This document shows positions 49,425 to 58,408 of a stretch of 64,000 bases of DNA, piece after piece. The stretch spans positions 2,368,001 through 2,432,000 of the forward strand of contig CAWIIB010000009.1 of assembly GCA_963836075.1 (NCBI GenBank), read 5' to 3'. Source of the stretch: an uncultured Acidobacteriota bacterium. Its GTDB lineage: Bacteria > Acidobacteriota > JAQAZP01. The stretch's first letter is position 1; the number at the start of each line of letters is the position of its first letter. The notes under the pieces were generated by a model, which worked only from the letters and a program-made list of their open reading frames with translations, made no database searches and was not told the DNA's origin. The position numbers were made by a program, and so were the translations under genes.

Positions 49425-50000
49425 TCACTCTTGCGGAGCCATCCTGACCCAGAACAGGCCCCGGAAGTCGCCCTCCTTGAACCCCCGGGCCGCGTCCTCG
49501 GGGTAGAGGGTGTCGATCTTATTCGCCACCCCGGGGTCCATGGTCTCGCCATGGCACTTGAGGCAGGCCGGCCGGACAACGATCGGCTCGACATAGCCGT
49601 GACCCCCGTCCTCCAGGTCCACCAGGGTTGGCGCCGACAGACCGGGGTCGGCGGCGTATCTCTCCAGCAGCGGCTCCATCCAGGGTTCGGGCGCGTTGGC
49701 CGTGTTGCGCAAGCGGTGGCTGGTCCGGCCGAGCGTGACACCAGGCGAACCCGCCTCGGCGGCAATGATCGGTGCCTGCTCACTGCAGACGAGGATTGCC
49801 GCTTCGGGCCCCTCTTTCATCCCTTTGACCAGGGCTGACATCAGTTGTTGCTTGAACGGCCTCAACGCCGAGGCGCCAAGTTCCATCAGGCGGTCCTCGT
49901 CGGGGCCGGCCAGGGCCAGGGCCGCCGGCAGAACCGCGGCCAGCAGGAGCAGGGCCAGCAAGGTGAATGTGGATCTGGTTGCGGGACGTTTCATGACCAT
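49425..50000 (-). CDS. DUF3365 c-type heme protein
   Basis: Signal peptide; RTSHRLRN, CLKCH and GDFRG motifs. Confidence 0.88.
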   Translation of the reverse strand: MVMKRPATRSTFTLLALLLLAAVLPAALALAGPDEDRLMELGASALRPFKQQLMSALVKGMKEGPEAAILVCSEQAPIIAAEAGSPGVTLGRTSHRLRNTANAPEPWMEPLLERYAADPGLSAPTLVDLEDGGHGYVEPIVVRPACLKCHGETMDPGVANKIDTLYPEDAARGFKEGDFRGLFWVRMAPQE

Positions 50001-50052
50001 ACCTCCAGGGGCGGATAGAAAATATCAATGCTTCTCAGGATGATTCGGCTGT

Positions 50053-50436
50053 TCAGGATAGATTGTAACGTGATCGGAGCGTATTTGACAAAAAGACGAA
50101 AATCGAACCGAGAGTGAAAGCGGCCACTGCCCCGAGGATAACCGCCATCCTGATCCAGGGGAGACCCAGGTCTGATCGCCAGGCAGCCAGGACGGCCGCG
50201 GTTCGGACCCACTCCAGGGCGGCGAGGACAAGCGCCAGCTGGACCAGCCGCACCGCCGCCGGCCGGCGGATCAGCAGCAGCAGGGGAGCGGCCAGGCAGA
50301 GCAGAACCAGTATTGGATACCCGGACCGCAGGAAGTGGGCCGCGATCAGCAGGGTGCTGAGCAGGATCGGCAGCAGCTGGAGCAGAGCGAGAATTCGGGC
50401 CTGCACCGCGGCTATTTTGAAATACTTCTCACTCAT
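50053..50436 (-). CDS. Membrane protein with an apparently foreign (nitrilase-like) N-terminal 13 aa
   Basis: MSEKYFKIAAVQA is followed by LLPILLSTLLIAAHFLRSG...ALEWVRT...PWIRMAVIL. Confidence 0.7.
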   Translation of the reverse strand: MSEKYFKIAAVQARILALLQLLPILLSTLLIAAHFLRSGYPILVLLCLAAPLLLLIRRPAAVRLVQLALVLAALEWVRTAAVLAAWRSDLGLPWIRMAVILGAVAAFTLGSIFVFLSNTLRSRYNLS

Positions 50437-51040
50437 TGTCTCCCGCTGGTGACTGGTGTTTTCCCGGTGTCCAGCCGTATTGGGTCAGCCAGTCGCTCCC
50501 CGACTGCCGGGCGCCCTCTTCCATGGAAGTGGCCATGCTGTCGTTCCAGCGGTTGAGGTAGCCGAAGAGGGCCACCACGCCCAGCAGCTCCACGATTTCT
50601 CCGTCATCCCAGTGGGCATGGAGCCGCTGTTCCAGCTCGGGGTCAACGGCGTTGGGTATGGTGGACGCGGCCAGGGCCAGGTCCAGCGCCGCCCGTTCGG
50701 CTTCGCTGAATGCCGGGTGGGTCCGGTAGTCCCATACGTTTTCCAGTTTCTCCCGCTCGGCACCGTAGCGCTGGGCGGCGCGGATGGCGTGGGCCTGGCA
50801 GTAGCGGCAGCCGGCCGCGCGGCTGGAGACATAGCCCACCAGGCGCTTCAACGAGCTGCTCACCCGGCCGTGGTTCTGCATCACCGCTTTGTTCAGCGAA
50901 ATGACCGCCTTGGCGATGGCCGGCCGGTGCTGCATGGTGAGCACGCTGTTGGGGCAGAAGCCAAGGGTTTCGTTGAAAAAACGGGAGAGGTCACGAACCT
51001 CCTCATCCGCATCGGGCGGCAGCGGGGTGACCAGCGGCAT
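50429..51040 (-). CDS. Carboxymuconolactone decarboxylase / AhpD-like peroxidase-related protein
   Basis: LGFCPNSVLTM, CRYCQAH and GYLNRWND motifs. Confidence 0.9.
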   Translation of the reverse strand: MPLVTPLPPDADEEVRDLSRFFNETLGFCPNSVLTMQHRPAIAKAVISLNKAVMQNHGRVSSSLKRLVGYVSSRAAGCRYCQAHAIRAAQRYGAEREKLENVWDYRTHPAFSEAERAALDLALAASTIPNAVDPELEQRLHAHWDDGEIVELLGVVALFGYLNRWNDSMATSMEEGARQSGSDWLTQYGWTPGKHQSPAGDNE

Positions 51041-51144
51041 GTGGGGGCTCCTCGATTAATGGGGTGCGCCGCAGCGCGAGCTTATTTTTCAAACCAGTTT
51101 CGCCGCACCGTGGGCCGCCGCCGGCCATGGTTGTTGGCCCCTTG

Positions 51145-51507
51145 CTACCCGGCGTTACCGAATCTCCCCGCCAGGGCTTTCCAGGCTGCCGCAACGGGCA
51201 GCGAGGGGAAAGCGGTCTTTTCCAGTTTCACCGTGAACCCCGCGCGCAGCAGCCCTTCCAGCAGGAAAAAGCCGCCGGTCAGGCCCAGGGGCACGGCCTG
51301 CTTCAGGGCGATGGCACTCATTCCCCAGCGGAACAGCACTTCGCGAAGCAGTTGCCAGCCGCAGAATGCTTCCACCACTGACGACATGATGCCCATGGAC
51401 CGCGGGTTCCACCAGGGCAGCCGGGCTTCCAGAAGCCGCTGGCCGTGGGTGGGCAAACCACCGGCAATATACAGGCTCCAGAGCAGCACGCTGAGTGCGG
51501 TCTCCAT
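51145..51507 (-). CDS. Hypothetical membrane protein
   Basis: Co-directional hydrophobic ORF filling the gap; no recognised motif. Confidence 0.5.
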   Translation of the reverse strand: METALSVLLWSLYIAGGLPTHGQRLLEARLPWWNPRSMGIMSSVVEAFCGWQLLREVLFRWGMSAIALKQAVPLGLTGGFFLLEGLLRAGFTVKLEKTAFPSLPVAAAWKALAGRFGNAG

Positions 51508-51540
51508 GGGCACCGAGTTGGTAGCGGGCCTTCGTAGCGG

Positions 51541-51699
51541 TCAGCACCTCGTAAAACCCCGGCACATCAGGCCGAGGACGACCAGGGCAACGGCGAACAC
51601 CATGCAACTGGTGAAGACCGAAATGGTTTTGGTCAGCAGCAGTGTGGCCAGCACCACGGAGATGGCGAGAAGTGCCCGGCCGGCCGTCTTTCTGTTCAT
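51541..51699 (-). CDS. 52-aa two-helix membrane protein
   Basis: MNRKTAGRALLAISVVLATLLL...; the ATG overlaps the upstream TGA (ATGA). Confidence 0.65.
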   Translation of the reverse strand: MNRKTAGRALLAISVVLATLLLTKTISVFTSCMVFAVALVVLGLMCRGFTRC

Positions 51700-52478
51700 C
51701 GTTCCGTACCTCTGGCCGGGGAAACCCCGTCCGGCCAGTTCAGGTCGTCCTCGCCATGCTGGCTGTCGTGGTAGGTCACCACCGGCCGGACCAGCGGATG
51801 GTCGATGAAATCTTTGTAGGTCTCGTCGCCGCGCTCGAAGGCGAACTGGACCCACGTGCGGAGGATGTGTTGTTCCACGTGGACGGGCAGCGGGTCGAAG
51901 GATTCATCGATCTCGAACATCTTGTCCAGCCGGTCCTCCAGCTTGCGGTCCGCTGCGGTGTAGACCCACCTGTCGGAAGGGCCCTTGGTCAGTTCCATCT
52001 CGGTGCAGCCGCGCTTGAGGATCACCGGGGTATCCGGCCCGAAACTCTCGCGCACCGCCGCTTGCACCTCGCGGTAGCGCTGTCTCGCCCCTTCCAGGCC
52101 GCCGTCGATGGGGCAATACCAGTAGGCGCCATAGAGCGCCGGGACGAACTCCCGGATCTCCAGCCCGCATTTGGAGTAGTAGTTCAACTCCTTCTGCACC
52201 TCGCGCATCTTCATCAGGTCGCGGAGGGTCTTCAGCCGTACAACCACCTTGAAACAGCGCTGGCAGTTCCGGGGCAGGAGACCATACAGCCGGAAATAGA
52301 TCTCCCACACCTTGCAGTGGCGGTCCTCGGCCAGCCGGGTGTGCAGCCAGGGCGTGTCACACCCCAGGCTGTCCGGGATGATGATCCTGTCCCCCTTGAG
52401 GATGACCCGGCCTTCCTTGATGTCGTCAATAACCGGCACCAGCAGGTCCTGTGCCGTCCATTCCTCATACAACCCCAT
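51696..52478 (-). CDS. Hypothetical protein with Cys motifs
   Basis: AAGGAGGT RBS; CQRCFKVVVR, SKCGLEIR and LKRGCTE motifs. Confidence 0.8.
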   Translation of the reverse strand: MGLYEEWTAQDLLVPVIDDIKEGRVILKGDRIIIPDSLGCDTPWLHTRLAEDRHCKVWEIYFRLYGLLPRNCQRCFKVVVRLKTLRDLMKMREVQKELNYYSKCGLEIREFVPALYGAYWYCPIDGGLEGARQRYREVQAAVRESFGPDTPVILKRGCTEMELTKGPSDRWVYTAADRKLEDRLDKMFEIDESFDPLPVHVEQHILRTWVQFAFERGDETYKDFIDHPLVRPVVTYHDSQHGEDDLNWPDGVSPARGTER

Positions 52479-52563
52479 GACGTTTTACCTCCTTCCCCGG
52501 GTATGCGATCCATCAAACGACTATAAAGCCCACCTCTTTGCCGGCGCAAGGGAAATGGCCCGC

Positions 52564-53091
52564 TCAGGAGGCAAATCGCGGGTCCCCTTCCACGGCGAGA
52601 ATCTCTCCGAAGTAGATCCGGTGGTAGTCCTTTTCCGGGTACTCCTTTCCCACCGCGGGGTCGAGGAAACGGGACGGTTCCAGGTCGTCCCAGTAGATCT
52701 TCCGGCACTCCAGCACCAGCTCCGCTTCGGCAAAACAGGGAGACTCCACCAGCGTCGAGGCCACCGGCGTCAGACCGGTTTCAATGATCTTGTCCCCGTC
52801 GCGGCCCGATTTCGTTCCCAGGATGCCCAGCGCCTTCTTGTGCTTTTTGGGAAAGGCGCTGAGGGTGAAAGTCGGATAGCGCTCGAGGAAGGTAAATGTA
52901 TGGCGGACCGGGCGCACCACTATCTGGGCAAAGGGTTTGTGCCACATAGTCCCCAAGCTGCCCCAGGCCACGGTCATGGTGTTGAAGTCCCCTGTCTTGA
53001 AATCGCCGCAGGTCAGCAGGAACCACTGCTTGTCCCAGATGTGCAGGGAATCCAGACGCAGGTTGTCAAAGGGGATCGGGGTCCGGTTCAT
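52564..53091 (-). CDS. Flavin reductase-like (flavoredoxin) protein
   Basis: NTMTVAWG, VRPVRHT, GTKSGRDGDK and HRIYFGEI motifs. Confidence 0.9.
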   Translation of the reverse strand: MNRTPIPFDNLRLDSLHIWDKQWFLLTCGDFKTGDFNTMTVAWGSLGTMWHKPFAQIVVRPVRHTFTFLERYPTFTLSAFPKKHKKALGILGTKSGRDGDKIIETGLTPVASTLVESPCFAEAELVLECRKIYWDDLEPSRFLDPAVGKEYPEKDYHRIYFGEILAVEGDPRFAS

Positions 53092-53128
53092 CGTTCTCTC
53101 ACCTCTCGCTGATAGTGGGGTTGCCGTC

Positions 53129-53515
53129 TCAACTGACCTGGTAGATCTGGATCAGGTTGCCGCAGGTGTCATCGAATGCGGCGAGCACCACGAAACCCTG
53201 GTTGGTCGGCTCGGAGGTGAACACCACCCCCAGCTCTTTCAGCCGGCGGCATTCCTCCTCGATGTCCTCGACCTCGAAGGCGGTGGCGGGGATGCCCGCC
53301 CCGTGCAGGGCCCGCTGGTACTCGGCAGCCGCAGGGTTGGCGTCCGGCTCGAGGACCAGCTGTGCGCCCTGTGGTTCGTCCGGGGACACCACGGTGAGCC
53401 AGCGATGCTTCCCGGCGGGGAAATCGATCTTTTTGCTGAAACCGAGCACCTCGGTGTAGAAACGCAGGGCATGGTCCTGGTCCTGAACGATCACACTGTT
53501 CAGCTTGATTTTCAT
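53129..53515 (-). CDS. VOC family protein
   Basis: ALRFYTEVLGF, WLTVVSP and FDDTCGNLIQ motifs. Confidence 0.92.
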   Translation of the reverse strand: MKIKLNSVIVQDQDHALRFYTEVLGFSKKIDFPAGKHRWLTVVSPDEPQGAQLVLEPDANPAAAEYQRALHGAGIPATAFEVEDIEEECRRLKELGVVFTSEPTNQGFVVLAAFDDTCGNLIQIYQVS

Positions 53516-53658
53516 TGTCGACTCCTTTGGGCTGGCTCTTTGCCCAGCACCATGATTTCGATTTCGGCCACGGTGTTATTGGTGAAACAGTTCTCTTCGT
53601 ATTCAGGGGCGTGCCCGTTGAAGAACTCGGCCCACTCTGAACCTCGCTGTTCTGTCAT
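53512..53658 (-). pseudogene. 48-aa internally deleted methyltransferase-like remnant
   Basis: Hand translation: MTEQRGSEWAEFFNGHAPEYEENCFTNNTVAEIEIMVLGKEPAQRSRQ. ATGA overlaps at both ends. Confidence 0.6.
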
Positions 53659-54821
53659 TGCCGATCCTCGTGCTTCTCCACTCCAAACCACTGCTCGAGC
53701 AACGGTTCCAGCGGCAGCGGGACATCGCTGCGGTTGCTCAGAACGACCACGTAGGCGTCCAGGTGGAGGTAGTAGAGGTTCGCCGCGACGTGACCCATGG
53801 ACCGGCCGAGGTTCCCCTGCACGGGGCCGAAAGGTCCGTCGGCCAGCAGGTAGCCCAGACCGTTGTGAAAGCCGGGCTGCACGGTGCTCATGGCGGTCCA
53901 GGAGGTTTCGCTGAGTAGACCGCCCTGCCGCAGCGCCCGGTGATAGCGCAGCAGGTCGCCGGCGCTGGCCACCACGCTGCCGTCCGCCGAATCGGGCAGC
54001 GCCTCGTCCGCCGACGAGCAGTCAGCCGGTTCGCCCTCTGCCGCACCCCAGTTGGCGGCGCCGCTGTAGCCTCGGGCCCGGTGCCTCTCAGCAGTGGACT
54101 CACCGTAGAGATACATCTGCCGCAGCCCCAGGGTGTGGACGATCTGCTCGTCGAGCAGTGCGGCCAGGGGTTTGCCGGTGAGCGTCCTGATCACCTCGCC
54201 CACCAGCAGTCCGTTGGTGTTGCTGTAGTCCTGCCGGCTGCCCGGTTCGAAGATCGGCGCACGGTCGGGAATGGTGGCCAGCAGATCCGCCGGAGTGCGG
54301 TGCGTTCTGAAAAACTCGGGTATGCCGCCGTCCCCGGCGGCCGCGAAGAGATCGCGGCTCAAGTAGTCCGGTATGCCGGAGGTGTGGTTGAGCAGCATCC
54401 TGATGGTGATCTCTTCTCCGCGGGGCCAGGGCACGAACTCGGACAGCGGGCTTTCCAGGTCCAGACGCCCCTGGTCAACCAGGCGCAAGGCAACAGTGGC
54501 GAAGATATTCTTGGCCACGCTGCCCAGAAAGAACATGGTGTCCGGGGTGACTTCGATCTTGCGGTCACGGTCGGCCAGGCCGGCGCCGGCCACCACGGGT
54601 TCCCCCCCCGTACCGGTGGCGATGGCCACGGACAGGCCGGGGATGTTGTGGTCCGCTTGCAACTGCTCCACCAGGGCCTGGAGTCGCTCCGTTTCCGGGG
54701 CCTCCGTCCCCTCCGGCACGCCCCGCTCAGCCGTAGTGCAGCCGGCCAGGGCCAGGATCAGGATGGCGCTGATCAACACTGGAACCAGCCTTGTTGAGAG
54801 AAGCTTCATGCTCTTATTCAC
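53655..54821 (-). CDS. Serine hydrolase (beta-lactamase/PBP-like) lipoprotein
   Basis: Lipobox LAGC; SVAK, LLNHTSG and YSN motifs. Confidence 0.9.
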   Translation of the reverse strand: MNKSMKLLSTRLVPVLISAILILALAGCTTAERGVPEGTEAPETERLQALVEQLQADHNIPGLSVAIATGTGGEPVVAGAGLADRDRKIEVTPDTMFFLGSVAKNIFATVALRLVDQGRLDLESPLSEFVPWPRGEEITIRMLLNHTSGIPDYLSRDLFAAAGDGGIPEFFRTHRTPADLLATIPDRAPIFEPGSRQDYSNTNGLLVGEVIRTLTGKPLAALLDEQIVHTLGLRQMYLYGESTAERHRARGYSGAANWGAAEGEPADCSSADEALPDSADGSVVASAGDLLRYHRALRQGGLLSETSWTAMSTVQPGFHNGLGYLLADGPFGPVQGNLGRSMGHVAANLYYLHLDAYVVVLSNRSDVPLPLEPLLEQWFGVEKHEDRQ

Positions 54822-54828
54822 AACTCCA

Positions 54829-55284
54829 TCAAGCGGAGAGAATATCCTGGATGATCCTCAGGTGATGGTTGTTGTGGATCCGGATCAGGCGCAGGGCCCG
54901 GTCCCTCTTCAGGATCCCGAAGGCAAAGTGCTCGAACCAGTTCTGCGGATCCAGGTCTCCGGCTTCGGCCACCAGCTTTTCCGACTGGTCCAGAATGGAC
55001 ACCAGTTCATCAGTTGAGAGCGCGACCTCCGGCACCGAAATCGCGGGAGCCTGGCCTTTCCCCCGCGGAATACGGCCGGAGTGAAAAACGAACGCTGCCG
55101 CCAGCGAGAGCCGTGAAGGGGGCGGAGGCGGGGTTGAGGCGGCCAGTGCCTGGCAGATCTCGATCATGGCCAGGCCGCAGTGGTGGATGTGCATGCCGGT
55201 GGACCAGCCCGATACGGCAGGGGCCTGCCTGTCAGCAGCGGATACAGCATCCCGTAAACCTTCGAGCCCTGTCTTTTTCAGCAT
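54829..55284 (-). CDS. DinB-like (DUF1569-type) protein
   Basis: WSTGMHIHH, HFAFG and HNNHHL motifs. Confidence 0.78.
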   Translation of the reverse strand: MLKKTGLEGLRDAVSAADRQAPAVSGWSTGMHIHHCGLAMIEICQALAASTPPPPPSRLSLAAAFVFHSGRIPRGKGQAPAISVPEVALSTDELVSILDQSEKLVAEAGDLDPQNWFEHFAFGILKRDRALRLIRIHNNHHLRIIQDILSA

Positions 55285-55379
55285 GGTTCAGTTGCTCCTC
55301 GTGAAGCGCCACTGTACATGTTCGTTCGATAAAACCAGTATCTTACAGCATTCCGAGTCGCTAAAAGGACCGTCTCGAA

Positions 55380-55931
55380 CTAATTGTCCCGAGTGTGGGA
55401 GGCACCAGTGCCGGGCGATGTCCTCGGCGGGCGCTGGGGGCGTGCTTTGCCGGCCGTGAACACCCAGCGTAGCAACCGCACCCATGCCGGCCATTTGACC
55501 ACGGTGGGTTCCTGCCCCAGCGACGCCTGGGCGCGGGCCAGGGCGTCCTCCATCAGGGCGTCGTGCAGCGGCCTGAACAGAACCGGCCAGGTGAGCAGGG
55601 CCGGGCCGCTGGTGCGCATGTCGACGGTGTGCCGGAGTACGGTACCGTCCGCGGCGTCTGTCAGAACATCGAAGCCGTGCCAGCCATCAAAGCCGGCCGG
55701 TCCGAGGAAGCGGAAGCGGATGCTCTTGCCGGGCTGGTATTCTTCCACCCGGTAACGTATCGGCCCGTGTCCGCCGGTTGCGCCAACCGACAACGACCGA
55801 TCGAAGGCCATGGTTGGCCAGAGGTCCCCGGGCCACAGCAGGTCTTTGGGGGAGGCCAGGGTGTCGATCAGGGCGCCGACATCCCCGGGCGGGAGAGCAA
55901 AGGTCCGTTGATGGATGTTCAATACGTTCAA
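55380..55931 (-). CDS. SRPBCC family protein
   Basis: GGHGPIRY, FRF, GWHGF and RPLHDALMED motifs. Confidence 0.82.
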   Translation of the reverse strand: MNVLNIHQRTFALPPGDVGALIDTLASPKDLLWPGDLWPTMAFDRSLSVGATGGHGPIRYRVEEYQPGKSIRFRFLGPAGFDGWHGFDVLTDAADGTVLRHTVDMRTSGPALLTWPVLFRPLHDALMEDALARAQASLGQEPTVVKWPAWVRLLRWVFTAGKARPQRPPRTSPGTGASHTRDN

Positions 55932-55994
55932 GGGACGATCATCCCTCCTTCAGTTCCTCCCTGGCCAGGGCCGGGTATCTGATGGACGACTATC

Positions 55995-56246
55995 TCAACA
56001 TCCGCAGTTCAAGATCAGCAGGGCGATGAAGGGCACGACATTGAAGATAATGAACATGATTTTGAAAAACCCGAGGAAGCAGTAGATCACCACGTTGTAC
56101 GTTTCCCGGGGCATGGGGAAAAAAGTGCTTTGCAGGCGGTAGACGAGGCCCGGCGTAAAAAGGATGAACACGGACCAGAAGATCAGCAGCCCGCCGTTGA
56201 TGATGGTGCACCACTTGAAAAAGTTGGTGAGAGCTTGAAGATCCAT
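55995..56246 (-). CDS. DUF6868-like small membrane protein
   Basis: FFKWCTIINGGLL and FNVVPFIAL motifs; GAGGAGG RBS. Confidence 0.8.
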   Translation of the reverse strand: MDLQALTNFFKWCTIINGGLLIFWSVFILFTPGLVYRLQSTFFPMPRETYNVVIYCFLGFFKIMFIIFNVVPFIALLILNCGC

Positions 56247-56408
56247 GGTGTTCCTCCTCGTTTGATCGTTGCTTTTCCATCGCGGATTGTCCGTTCCCCT
56301 CGCACGTCCTCAGGCTGAACGTCCCGATATCCGCATGATGCAACATGGGTTGCCGATCCAATCTGTCGAGGATACCCCTGGAGCGTCCGGAAGAAAAGTG
56401 GAGCTGGG

Positions 56409-57029
56409 TCACTGTTTTTCCAGAAGCAGGGCGCAGAACTCGCTGAGCATCAGGGTGCTTCTGGTGCCGCAGCCAAGCCGCTCGTAGCGTTTTTTTACGT
56501 CGAAGGCCTGTTCGTGAAGAATGCCGGAGAGGACCATCGGGGCGCCCGGCCGTGCCCGGGAAACCAGCGATTCGGCCTCGGCCAGCAGGATGTCACCGTA
56601 GATGTTGGCCAGCACCAGGTCATGGGTGCCCTCCGGGGCGTCGGCCAGGGTGCCGAGGTGGGTGGTGAATTGCCGGGCGACCCCATTCAGAGCGGCGTTG
56701 CGGCGGCAGGAGGCAACCGCATCCGGATCGTTGTCGATGCAGAGAGCATGGGCGGCGCCCAGTTTGACCGCGGCGATGGCCAGGATGCCGGTGCCGCTGC
56801 CCAGGTCGAGGACCGATGTCCCGGCGTCCATGGGTAGGCCGGCCAGCAGTTCCAGGCAGGCGGCGGTTGTCTCGTGCTCGCCCGAGCCGAAGGCGCCGGG
56901 GGCCATTCGCAACCGGGTCAGGCCTTCGCCGGCCGGCTGGTCATGGTCCGGGGGGACGATGAGGAAACGCCCGCCGATGGTGAAAGGGTCAAAAACCCGG
57001 CCTGGTTGTTCGCGGGGTGTGCGGTTCAT
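56409..57029 (-). CDS. prmA: Ribosomal protein L11 methyltransferase-like protein (lacks most of the N-terminal domain)
   Basis: AFGSGEHETT, LDLGSGTGILAI, ANI and LSGIL motifs. Confidence 0.8.
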   Translation of the reverse strand: MNRTPREQPGRVFDPFTIGGRFLIVPPDHDQPAGEGLTRLRMAPGAFGSGEHETTAACLELLAGLPMDAGTSVLDLGSGTGILAIAAVKLGAAHALCIDNDPDAVASCRRNAALNGVARQFTTHLGTLADAPEGTHDLVLANIYGDILLAEAESLVSRARPGAPMVLSGILHEQAFDVKKRYERLGCGTRSTLMLSEFCALLLEKQ

Positions 57030-57256
57030 TGCCCGTGCCGATCGATTGTGCCGCAGAACCAATTCCCCGGCACTCCGTTATAATGTTACTGTAATCCGGG
57101 TCTGGATCACACCGGCTTTGTGCGCCCGGGAAGGGTTGCCCAAAGGCCTTGATCTTTTTGCTGAAATACTTGAGGATATTCTTTTTTGGCCATCAATACA
57201 GCCGGCACCCCGGTGATCTTCGGGGGCCGGCAATCGAACGTCTGAGGAGCCGATAC

Positions 57257-58408
57257 ATGACGACGCAGCCATCGATCCGCCGGTTCACCATCCTGTACCA
57301 GGCGGCCCTGCCGCTTCTGGCGCTGGTCATCCTGCTGGCCGGCGGTTGCGGGGGCGGCCAGCAACCCGCCGCCGGCGGCCAAGGACCGGGGGCGGGGATG
57401 GGTCACGGTGGAGGGCCCGGGGGGAAGCCGGTGATGCCCGAGGCACCTGTTTCGGTGGAGGCGGTGAGCCGTGGCGACCTGGCCAGCTACTACAGCGCCA
57501 ACGCCACCCTGGAGGCGGACAAGGAGGCCGAGGTGCTGGCCCGCATCTCCGGGGTGGTGCTGGAGTTGAAGGCCGAGGAGGGGGATTTCGTCCGCCGGGG
57601 AGCCCTGCTGCTGGCCATCGAGGAGGATGAATACCGCCACCGGCTGACCCAGGCCGAGGTGGAAGCCGAGAACCAGCGTTCCCGTTTCGAGCGGGCGGAG
57701 AAGATGTTCGAGCAGAACCTGGTCTCCGCCGAAGATTTTGACTCGGCGCGTCGCGACCTGCGCACCGCCGAGGCGGCGCTGCAGTTGTCGGCCTACGAAC
57801 TGTCCCTGGCCCGGGTCACCGCGCCGTTCACCGGCCGGGTCACCGTCCGTTCGGTGGACCTGGGGGAGAATGTTTCCAACGGCACCCCTCTCTTCACCCT
57901 GGTGGACATGCGGCGCCTGCTGGCCCGGGTCCAGGTGCCGGCGCGGGAATTCCGGTCAATCAGTCTCGACCAGCCGGTGGTGCTCACCGTCGATTCCAGC
58001 GGCGACCGGCTCGCCGGGATCATCGAGCTGGTCAGCCCGGTGATCGACGCCACCAGCGGCACGATCAAGGTCACCGTGGCGGTCACCGATTTCCCGGCCT
58101 CCACCCGGCCCGGGGACTTTGCCGAGGTGGCCATCGAGACCGACCGACACCTCGACACCCTGCTGGTGCCGCGCATTGCGGTGGTCAGCGAGAAGGGCGA
58201 GCAGGTGGTCTTTGTGGCCGAGGAGGGCAGGGCGGTGCGCCGGCTGGTCACCGTCGGCTTCCAGGACGACGAGCACTCCGAGATCCTCGACGGCCTGGCT
58301 GAAGGGGAGATGGTGGTGATCCAGGGCCAGCGGTCGCTGAAGGACGGCCAGCCGCTGAAGATCCTGGAGAAGATGGACTTCACTGAAGAAGAGAAGGACC
58401 ACTCCTGA
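57257..58408 (+). CDS. RND efflux periplasmic adaptor (MFP)
   Basis: N-terminal hydrophobic / lipobox-like LAGGC; EGDFV, APFTG, SPVID..SGT and RPGDF motifs. Confidence 0.92.
   Translation: MTTQPSIRRFTILYQAALPLLALVILLAGGCGGGQQPAAGGQGPGAGMGHGGGPGGKPVMPEAPVSVEAVSRGDLASYYSANATLEADKEAEVLARISGVVLELKAEEGDFVRRGALLLAIEEDEYRHRLTQAEVEAENQRSRFERAEKMFEQNLVSAEDFDSARRDLRTAEAALQLSAYELSLARVTAPFTGRVTVRSVDLGENVSNGTPLFTLVDMRRLLARVQVPAREFRSISLDQPVVLTVDSSGDRLAGIIELVSPVIDATSGTIKVTVAVTDFPASTRPGDFAEVAIETDRHLDTLLVPRIAVVSEKGEQVVFVAEEGRAVRRLVTVGFQDDEHSEILDGLAEGEMVVIQGQRSLKDGQPLKILEKMDFTEEEKDHS

Noticed and set aside
32969-57029. Integron cassette array
   Set aside because: The gene content is cassette-like, but genes overlap or abut. 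No repeated attC-like (RYYYAAC...GTTRRRY) sites or intI gene were seen, and core genes are interspersed.
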